A DNA stretch of 46,644 bases from positions 1 to 46,644 of the forward strand of contig JABLTI010000018.1 of the NCBI GenBank assembly GCA_013166835.1, in the 5' to 3' direction. The first letter of the stretch is position 1, and each line of letters begins with the position of its first letter. The DNA is from Promethearchaeati archaeon. Lineage in GTDB: Archaea > Asgardarchaeota > Heimdallarchaeia > JABLTI01. Below the pieces are notes generated by a model, which worked only from the letters and a program-made list of their open reading frames with translations, ran no database searches and was not told where the DNA came from. Shown here in pieces: positions 1 to 7,644 of the stretch. A program made the position numbers and the translations under genes.

Positions 1-2083
1 ACAATACCTTCAGCATTTAACGAATCTCTATAACGAACAACCTGAGAATAATGATTTGTTCTTCTTAATGTTGGAAGGTTTTTCTGAATCTGCAAACCAT
101 TATAATGAAGAATTAGAAGTGGATTTTCTTACTTCCATAATAAATAAAATCTTTTCATTAATTGATAGGTATTTGGAGAATGATGATCGATTAGCAGCAA
201 TAAGCGATGCTTTGTTAAATGTACTTTTAGGCTTAGTGGAAAATGAATTCTTTGATGAATTAGAAGAATACGTAGTTACACTTGTGAATAAATCAATTGA
301 TAACCCTAATAACATATTCTTACGAACAGCTGCTGCGGAAGCAACAATCATAGCAATAAGAGGTTTTGGCGATGATTGGAACTATGAAAAAACAAAGGAA
401 TTTGATATTATCCTTAAAGGATTACTCCCACCAAATGAGATTGATGGTTTCCTTGCGGGTATTTTAATCAAAGGATTATCTGAAGAAATTGATTGTTATG
501 GTGATATGCACGAATTTTCCTCTATGAAACGAACACTAAAATCAATGAAAGACCTATTTTCACAGGATTTGCAATTCAACGATGAATCACTACTTCATTA
601 TACAAATGGTTTAGTCTATGCATTAAATTGGTTTGGTGAAGCAGAAGATTATGAAGAAATGATGGAAACTTTAGAGGATTTGACAAATCTTTCCGATAGT
701 TATCAACAGAATTTGGAAGTAAAGATTGCTTTTGGAAATGGATTACGAATCGCTTTGGATCATTGTGGCGTAATGGAAGATCTTGATAACACAACAAAAT
801 TAGCAAAGAGATTACTACAACTTGCTGATGAATTGTCTGAGAATAAGAAAATACAGTCTTTAGCAATAATGGGTGTTTTTAAAGCTGCTACCTGGGCAGG
901 AGTTTTTTGGGAAACAGGATTAATAAATGCTCTATTGTCTAGCGTTGAAAAAATTCATCTACGATTTCCAGAAGATATTCAAATAAAAATTCTATTAGGT
1001 AGAGGGTTATTCAATCTAACAAAAGAATTATGCTTAATTAATAGGCAAAAAATGATGAAAAAAATAGTCAATGAATTATCAAAATTAAATGAGAAGAATC
1101 CTGATATCTTTGAAATAGCTCAATTCTATTCACAGTCATTGGTCAATATTCTTTATATGTTAAGCGAATTTAGTGATAATTTCGATGAAATAAATTCTTA
1201 TCTGGATGAATCAGAAAAGCTCACAGTAAAATATGAAGGAGATAATGTAATTTCTGTTAATTATTCAAAAGCGCTAGTAAATGTAATTAGAGCTCTTGGG
1301 TTATATGGACGAATTGATGAAATGGATTCCACATTGGATGTTTTAAGGGATTATGCAATTTCAACTGAAAGCTTTGATGTTTTAATTCGTCTTGGGAAAG
1401 GGTATATTGATGCAATTAAGGCTTATGGAGATCTATCAGAACTACAAAAAATCAATCCTATACTTGGGGAAATAAAAGATTGGATTGATGATGATCCTGC
1501 AAATATTGATTTACAAATTATTCTAGCAAAAGCTTTAGTAAACACTATCAGTAGTTTTGGAAAAAATAACAAAATAAATGAAATGAATCTTCATTTAGAT
1601 GAATTGAGAGAAATCTTAATCCAATTTCCAGCATTTAGTACAATTCAAGTTCAATTAGCAAAAGGTCTATCTCATGCAATAAGATGGTATGTCATACAAA
1701 AAGATCTCATGCGTTGTGTTCGTCTCCTACATGAATTGCGATCAATAAGTATTGATGCTTCAGAGGAAATAGAAATCCATGAGATGCTTGCTAGATCAAC
1801 AAGACGTATTTTATCAATCTCCTACAAGCTTGAGAAATTTGAACTAGTTGAAGAATTATTGGAAGGCTTAAGAAAACAACTCAAGAAATTCACTTACAAT
1901 GAAAATATACAAGTAGAACTAGCTAGGGCGTTAACTTCTGTCATACTTGAAGAAACAACCTGTGATAGTAATTCTTATTGCCAGTCATTGATTTTGGAGC
2001 TTAAAGGATTAAAAATACAATTTCCAAGAAATGACAAACTAGCTGCCATACATCAAACAGTTTCTCCTTTAATTAAAGATTAA
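1..2083 (+). CDS. Alpha-helical repeat (TPR-like, ~41-aa unit) protein, 5'-truncated by window edge
   Basis: Frame is open from position 2 (QYLQHLTNLYNEQPENNDLFF...), so the TTG at 56 is probably not the true start. Recurrent unit resembling P-x-N-x-xIQxxLAKALVNxIxxxG...L-x-EL roughly every 41 aa. Confidence 0.8.
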   Translation, partial: QYLQHLTNLYNEQPENNDLFFLMLEGFSESANHYNEELEVDFLTSIINKIFSLIDRYLENDDRLAAISDALLNVLLGLVENEFFDELEEYVVTLVNKSIDNPNNIFLRTAAAEATIIAIRGFGDDWNYEKTKEFDIILKGLLPPNEIDGFLAGILIKGLSEEIDCYGDMHEFSSMKRTLKSMKDLFSQDLQFNDESLLHYTNGLVYALNWFGEAEDYEEMMETLEDLTNLSDSYQQNLEVKIAFGNGLRIALDHCGVMEDLDNTTKLAKRLLQLADELSENKKIQSLAIMGVFKAATWAGVFWETGLINALLSSVEKIHLRFPEDIQIKILLGRGLFNLTKELCLINRQKMMKKIVNELSKLNEKNPDIFEIAQFYSQSLVNILYMLSEFSDNFDEINSYLDESEKLTVKYEGDNVISVNYSKALVNVIRALGLYGRIDEMDSTLDVLRDYAISTESFDVLIRLGKGYIDAIKAYGDLSELQKINPILGEIKDWIDDDPANIDLQIILAKALVNTISSFGKNNKINEMNLHLDELREILIQFPAFSTIQVQLAKGLSHAIRWYVIQKDLMRCVRLLHELRSISIDASEEIEIHEMLARSTRRILSISYKLEKFELVEELLEGLRKQLKKFTYNENIQVELARALTSVILEETTCDSNSYCQSLILELKGLKIQFPRNDKLAAIHQTVSPLIKD

Positions 2084-2091
2084 TTCTCAAG

Positions 2092-2295
2092 TTATCCAAT
2101 TGGCGGGAAAATATCATCATGAGGTTTTCGTTTCTTACCATCAGGTCTCGGGATTCCTTGTGAGGGATCTGGAGGTAACCTCTTGTAGCAATCCTTACAG
2201 ACAACTCTTGGACCATTTGGGAAATTGTACAGAATTAAGTTGTCTCTATCATCTATTTTACCACAAAGATGACATTTGGCGATAGATTTTATCAT
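2092..2295 (-). CDS. Small zinc-finger protein (CxxC...CxxC) with Pro-rich basic tail
   Basis: CHLC and CKDC pairs in 67 aa; ATG start; fills the gap between flanking genes. Confidence 0.7.
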   Translation of the reverse strand: MIKSIAKCHLCGKIDDRDNLILYNFPNGPRVVCKDCYKRLPPDPSQGIPRPDGKKRKPHDDIFPPIG

Positions 2296-2439
2296 AAATT
2301 CATCCTTCTAGTATATATTATCTCATTACCAAATAAAATTACTTTGTAATACAATTATATCTTAAGGATAGAAAGCTTTTTCAGAACCAATAATTTATCA
2401 AAAGCGGACAAAACCAAATATAAAATTCAGGTGAAAAAT

Positions 2440-3696
2440 TTGGTAGATTGGGCAAAAATACGTGACGATTTCCCTACACTAAAGAGGAAAATAGATGGAA
2501 AATCAATTGTTTATTTTGATTCTGCTTGTATGGCATTAAAACCAAAGCCAGTCATCGACGCTATTTGTTATTATTATAATCAATTGGGGGCTTGTGGGGG
2601 TAGATCTATTCATTCTTTAGCTAGAGAAACAACAGAGTTACGAGATGCTGCTCGAGAGAAACTTGCTACTCACATTAATTCTAGAAGCACTAATGAAATC
2701 ATTTGGGTTAGGAATACTACAGAAGCAATGAATTTAGTTGCAAATGCCTTGCATTTTGAGAAGGGTCATGAAATAATTACAACAAATCTTGAACATCATA
2801 GTGGGGTACTACCTTTTCATAAAATAATGAAAAGAAAAGGATTAAAGCTCAAAATTGTGGATGCGAATGAAGAGGGGTTGTTCAATGTTGAAGATTTTGA
2901 AAACACCATAAACAAAAATACCCGTTTAATATCTATTGTTCATACTTCTAACGTAAGTGGAACAACAGCACCTCTAGATGAAATAATAAAAATTGCTCAT
3001 GACTACGGGACCTTAGTATTATCTGATGATGCTCAATATTTCCCACATAAAAAAATGGATGTTCAAAAATCAGATGTTGATTTTTGCACAGTAAGTATGC
3101 ATAAAGCTCTTGGTCCTACAGGTGTAGGTTTTCTCTATGGTAAAGAGCATTTACTAAAAGAGATGGATTCATTTTTGGTTGGTGGCGATACAATCATCGA
3201 TGTGCGATATGAAAACGGTGAAGTCGTCCCTACTTATCTTGAACCACCTCATAAATTTGAAGCTGGACTGCAAAATTATGCCGGTGAAATAGGTGCTGGT
3301 GCAGCAGTTGATTATCTCAATTCCATTGGTATGGAAAACATCGAGACTCGAGAAAAATATCTCACTGAAAAATTATATGAAGCACTTAAGGACATCTCTG
3401 GCATCAAAATTGTCGGCCCAAAAAATGCCCATCAACGAAGTGGTTTAATCGCCTTTAAATTAAAAGACATTGATACTGCAGGAGACATAGCCAACTTTCT
3501 TGATTGTGATGTAGATGGTCATAAAATTATGGTTCGTGCTGGTGCCCATTGCACAAATCCATTTCACTATTCGCTTGGTATTCATCCAAGTGAAGGAACA
3601 GCTCGGGCTTCTATTTATGTCTATACAAACGAAGAAGACATCAAAATCTTGAAGGAAGCTTTAGAAAAACTAGAAGATATTCTTGCAAGTTCCTAG
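2440..3696 (+). CDS. Cysteine desulfurase, group II (SufS/CsdA-like, class V PLP enzyme)
   Basis: YFDSA, NTTEAMN, EHHS, DDAQ, SMHKALGPTG (PLP Lys), FEAG, and RAGAHC catalytic Cys motif. Start moved to TTG 2440 behind an AGGTGA SD (2429-2434). Confidence 0.9.
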   Translation: MVDWAKIRDDFPTLKRKIDGKSIVYFDSACMALKPKPVIDAICYYYNQLGACGGRSIHSLARETTELRDAAREKLATHINSRSTNEIIWVRNTTEAMNLVANALHFEKGHEIITTNLEHHSGVLPFHKIMKRKGLKLKIVDANEEGLFNVEDFENTINKNTRLISIVHTSNVSGTTAPLDEIIKIAHDYGTLVLSDDAQYFPHKKMDVQKSDVDFCTVSMHKALGPTGVGFLYGKEHLLKEMDSFLVGGDTIIDVRYENGEVVPTYLEPPHKFEAGLQNYAGEIGAGAAVDYLNSIGMENIETREKYLTEKLYEALKDISGIKIVGPKNAHQRSGLIAFKLKDIDTAGDIANFLDCDVDGHKIMVRAGAHCTNPFHYSLGIHPSEGTARASIYVYTNEEDIKILKEALEKLEDILASS

Positions 3697-3741
3697 TTTA
3701 AATGAATTGAATATAGCTTATCACTATATTCAATTACATTA

Positions 3742-5316
3742 CTAACCATTCCACATATTGTATGGTGATTGATTTCCCTCATTCGTTGTTTTAGGGAAAC
3801 CTCTTCTCTCATTTTCAATTGCTGCTTGAAAAGAACCATATTTTTGTAAAATTTGATCTTCAAGTGGTTTAGCGATTTCAAGAGCAGCTTTTACATGTTT
3901 ACTAGTAATTCTCTCTTCACGATTTGTTGTCGCTAAATCCCCTGCAACCTTTATCAATCCTGCAAGTTCTCTTAATCTCAAAGTTAATGATGATTCTTCT
4001 CCATCTACCTTTTCAGCGATTACTCTTGCACTTTTTATTACTTCAAAAATTCCTTTCCTATCCATAGCAGGAATTTTTTCATCACGAAGTATTTCCTGAG
4101 CAATGAATTGCACGAGTTTTAAACGATTAGTTTCATTGTCAGGCATTACCGTCTTGAGTAGAATTTCATACCCATCTCCTTGAATCCTAGATCGTAATGG
4201 TGGTACAATGCGTGGTAAATCTATCATGTTACAAGCAGCTACTAAAACAAAATCTGCTGGAACATCATCTACTCTTACTGAAGCACCTGAACTTTGGGGG
4301 TTTCTACCAATAATTGGAAACTTCTTTTCTTGTAAGGCTGTAAGCAATGATCTCTGTAATATTCCTAGTTGGGAAATCTCATCAATAAATAGTACACCTT
4401 GATGCGCTTCATGGATTGCTCCAGCTACCACTCTTTTATATGGAGGAGTTCCTAATTTATGGTGTCCTCCATAAGGATCGTGCAAACAATCTCCAAGGAG
4501 TTCAGTTGTACTTGCACCAGTTGCTTGGATAAAAAGAGATCTTCTCATTGGAACTAAGACTTTCATAGGTCTTGGTCCCTTTTTGGCTTTGGAAAGCTCG
4601 ATAGCTTCATTATCAAAAACTCGTATATTGTTCCCAGCTTCTTCGAATAGTAGAATTTCTTCTCTCCCATCTGGGAGTTGGATTGCTTTAGAAACTTTAG
4701 AACCATCAGAGGATTTTGCACTAAATGAAGATAATGATAACAGATCACCAAATCGAGAAGGACTTTTCTTTTGCTTCGACTGCGAGCAATGTGGACATTT
4801 TCTTGTTTCAGGTATTGAGAATTTTCGACAGTGTTCACAAGCGTAACCTAGTTTAACAGCAACATCAAAAGGAGCTTTGGATGGATGTATTAACTTTCCA
4901 TATTCGCCACTGTTTGCTTGTTGTTTTCTATTTTTTAGCTCATGCAATTTTTTCCTTTCGAAAAATGGTCTTTCTGGGTTTTCAGGATTATGAACTATCC
5001 ATATTTCTTCTTCGGGTTGTCCTAGATGGAATGAAAGTGCTTGAGCAATCATTGATTTTCCAATACCCGGTGGTCCAATAAGTAGTAGATTTCTTCGTTG
5101 ATGAGCTGCCATTCTAGCAATTTTAATCGCAAAATCTTGTCCAATAACCCGCTTCAATGGATCTTTTGGTATTGGTATATCAAAACTACTCTCAATATCC
5201 CTCATTCTTATGGCTTGTTGTTTATCTTCAGAGCTCACCTTCTCTTCGATAACAGGATCTTTTCTTTGATTTTTATCAAAATCATCTGAAAATGTTTGTT
5301 CTTGACCTCTAGACAT
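3742..5316 (-). CDS. LonB-type AAA+ ATPase lacking the protease domain and TM insert; Zn-ribbon insert
   Basis: IPKDPLKRVIGQD, Walker A GPPGIGKS, LLGDxxHDPYGG, GAIHEAHQGVLFIDEI (Walker B), PPLRSRI, LRLRELAGL. Ends without a Ser-Lys protease domain. Confidence 0.88.
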   Translation of the reverse strand: MSRGQEQTFSDDFDKNQRKDPVIEEKVSSEDKQQAIRMRDIESSFDIPIPKDPLKRVIGQDFAIKIARMAAHQRRNLLLIGPPGIGKSMIAQALSFHLGQPEEEIWIVHNPENPERPFFERKKLHELKNRKQQANSGEYGKLIHPSKAPFDVAVKLGYACEHCRKFSIPETRKCPHCSQSKQKKSPSRFGDLLSLSSFSAKSSDGSKVSKAIQLPDGREEILLFEEAGNNIRVFDNEAIELSKAKKGPRPMKVLVPMRRSLFIQATGASTTELLGDCLHDPYGGHHKLGTPPYKRVVAGAIHEAHQGVLFIDEISQLGILQRSLLTALQEKKFPIIGRNPQSSGASVRVDDVPADFVLVAACNMIDLPRIVPPLRSRIQGDGYEILLKTVMPDNETNRLKLVQFIAQEILRDEKIPAMDRKGIFEVIKSARVIAEKVDGEESSLTLRLRELAGLIKVAGDLATTNREERITSKHVKAALEIAKPLEDQILQKYGSFQAAIENERRGFPKTTNEGNQSPYNMWNG

Positions 5317-5428
5317 TTTTGTGCACAATATAAATTCATCAAAAGAGAATCTTAAAGCAACAGATTATCTGTATATTATATATATAGATTTTATGAAAAT
5401 CAATAAAAAAAATAAAGAAAAAGTGATT

Positions 5429-5458
5429 AGTTGGTTAAATAATCTCTTTTAACCAACT
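5429..5458 (-). terminator. Hairpin plus U-tract downstream of dnaG
   Basis: 11-bp inverted repeat AGTTGGTTAAA/TTTAACCAACT, followed on the minus strand by T-rich runs (5402-5422). Confidence 0.6.
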
Positions 5459-5469
5459 CTATAATCATT

Positions 5470-6903
5470 TCACGCGAATGTGTAAAACTTCAATTTTGCA
5501 GGACGTCTTTCTATTTTTCCTATTCTCGCTGCAACTATTACATCAATGTTTTTCTCATCACAAGCATCAATTAATCTCTGGGTAAGAATTCCATCAAAAA
5601 TTAATTTAGTTACTCCTTTAGATTTCTTTATTTCATCAATAATTTTAGCTACAGGAACTCGTTTTAGCTCCTTTAATTTATCATTGAGGAATACACCTTC
5701 TTGTTTTTCTTTTCCATCGATTTCTTTAACGATTGGTAATAGCTCATCCGGTATTTTTGGTGGGGGAGGTTTCCTATATCCTTCCCTACTTCCTCTATCT
5801 CTGGATGAAGGTCGACGACTGTCTCTTGAATATGGTCTCCTAGCGGGAGGTCGACCCGAAGTTCTTGGTGGACCCCTTTCACTTGTCTGTGTTGGGGGTT
5901 TTCTTGTAGTAGGTTTCTTAGTAGGAGCAGTAATTGGTTTCGCAGGTACTTTCTTAAGAGCAGCTTTTGCACTTACTGGAGCAACTTTAGGTTTTTGTAT
6001 TTTCTTTGCTGCTTTTCTCTTGATTGCTTTTTCAAGGACATCTGCTGCATGAATTTCAGAAACAAAGGTAGCTTGCTCTATAGGAACTTTCTTGCTTAAT
6101 TGTTCAATAATCTCCTCTGGCTTAAGGTCTTCAACCTCTTTACCTGTTGGAGCTCGAGCAACATAATCAATATCGCTATACATTAGTAATTCTTTTAGGA
6201 TTAAATCTCCACCTCGATCACCATCAAGAAATGCAAGTGTAGATCGTTTTCTAGTGAGATCGATAACTACTTTTGGAACAGAAGCTCCTTCAACAGCAAT
6301 AGTGTTTCTTACACCAGCTCGAAGACAAGCTGCTATATCAGCTCTACCTTCTACAATTATAATTGAATCCGAATCATTAATTTCCGGACCAGCAGGTAAA
6401 TGCCTAAATTGGATTATTCCTCCAACTCGTGCAGCTTTTAATACTTCATCAGCCAATTCACTTGAATCTTGATGAGTTTCTGTATTCCATTTCTGAAGAA
6501 GCTCAGAAGCTCGTTCTCTGATTTTCTTCATTTTTTCAACTCTAATATCATCAATACTTTTGATAGAGATTCTTGCTGAGCAAGGTCCGATACGATCTAC
6601 TGTTTCAATTGCTGCAGCTAAGATCGATGTTTCCACTTTATCTAAGCTTGATGGAATGTCAATATAACCCCTAGTTTTACCTCCCCTGATATTCAAATGA
6701 ACTTGAATGCGTCCAACTCGTCCGCTTTTTTGTAATTCTCGTAGTTCAAGTTCTTCAGAGAGTAATCCTTCTGTTTGGCCGAATAAAGCTCCGACAACAT
6801 CGGGTTTTTCAACCAAACCATCAATTGTGAAATCTGCACGTATCAAATATTTTGTAGTTGACGGCTCATCGTGCATTGCACTTTGTTTATTATCATTTGC
6901 CAT
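5470..6903 (-). CDS. dnaG: Archaeal DnaG-like protein (TOPRIM; exosome-associated)
   Basis: KY.IRA.F..DG.VEKPDVVGALFGQTEGLL, ELQKSGRVGRI, VEGRAD, FLDGDRGG, APTGKEVE, FDGILTQRL. Start moved to ATG 6903 behind a GGAGG SD. Confidence 0.95.
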   Translation of the reverse strand: MANDNKQSAMHDEPSTTKYLIRADFTIDGLVEKPDVVGALFGQTEGLLSEELELRELQKSGRVGRIQVHLNIRGGKTRGYIDIPSSLDKVETSILAAAIETVDRIGPCSARISIKSIDDIRVEKMKKIRERASELLQKWNTETHQDSSELADEVLKAARVGGIIQFRHLPAGPEINDSDSIIIVEGRADIAACLRAGVRNTIAVEGASVPKVVIDLTRKRSTLAFLDGDRGGDLILKELLMYSDIDYVARAPTGKEVEDLKPEEIIEQLSKKVPIEQATFVSEIHAADVLEKAIKRKAAKKIQKPKVAPVSAKAALKKVPAKPITAPTKKPTTRKPPTQTSERGPPRTSGRPPARRPYSRDSRRPSSRDRGSREGYRKPPPPKIPDELLPIVKEIDGKEKQEGVFLNDKLKELKRVPVAKIIDEIKKSKGVTKLIFDGILTQRLIDACDEKNIDVIVAARIGKIERRPAKLKFYTFA

Positions 6904-7644
6904 TTTTTTATTAACCTCCATAATTTTTGGAGTAATAACAATTGGCTAAAAAAATAATCTGAACTCTTAGCTATTCTTATACTTGTTAGTATTAAGCTAT
7001 TTATTATTTTGATTTGCTTTATCCATCGCATCTTCTAAGAGTTTAATATATGCTTCAGATCAAAAAGAAACTAAACTTGTTAGATTTTTATCAGAGTTAA
7101 TTAACTATTGGAAATTACTTTTCTCGACTAATTAATTATCATGAAATTTGATATCTAACATCTTTTCATTTCATCAATAGAGGAATTATTATTCTCTTCT
7201 ATTTATAATTCTCCTTTATTGGAAGGTTATAATCGTTAATTGATTACACCAAATTATTTTTTTGTGAACGTGATTTGTGATAAATAGCTTTTTACATCAA
7301 TCGAATGAGCTATTTGTTATGATTCTTTTCGATCTAATCTGATTATTTGATTAGTTTATGTTATTTTTCGTAATCAGTCTCTTCGTTCCTTATTTTTAAA
7401 CCTTTGTGACTGAATGCAATAATACTATTCGTCTTCAATTATAAAAACTATACATTTCGGCAATGTATTATTTCTGTGACAAAATTCTCAAATTTGGATT
7501 ATGAATTCAGAAATACATTCATGACACAATTAGAAAGGTAAATCTTTTATTGTGGAACATAACATTTCTCTATAGATTTAAAATCAGCAGTAAACAATAA
7601 GATGTTAGGAAATATTTTGAGGATAATTACTGGAGGAATTAATT

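Noticed and set aside
3742-3775. HbYX tail on the protease-less Lon ATPase
   Set aside because: C-terminus is PYNMWNG with a double stop; no penultimate Tyr.
5546-6052. 168-aa hydrophobic Gly-rich plus-strand ORF
   Set aside because: Antisense of the Pro/Lys-rich dnaG linker; its composition is explained by the complement.
6843-7031. 62-aa ORF overlapping the dnaG start (possible leader peptide)
   Set aside because: No SD, low-information sequence, overlaps dnaG out of frame; probably the dnaG leader region.
6904-7641. Replication origin or CRISPR array in the long intergenic gap
   Set aside because: No ORB-like G-string repeats, no adjacent orc1/cdc6, and no regularly spaced direct repeats.
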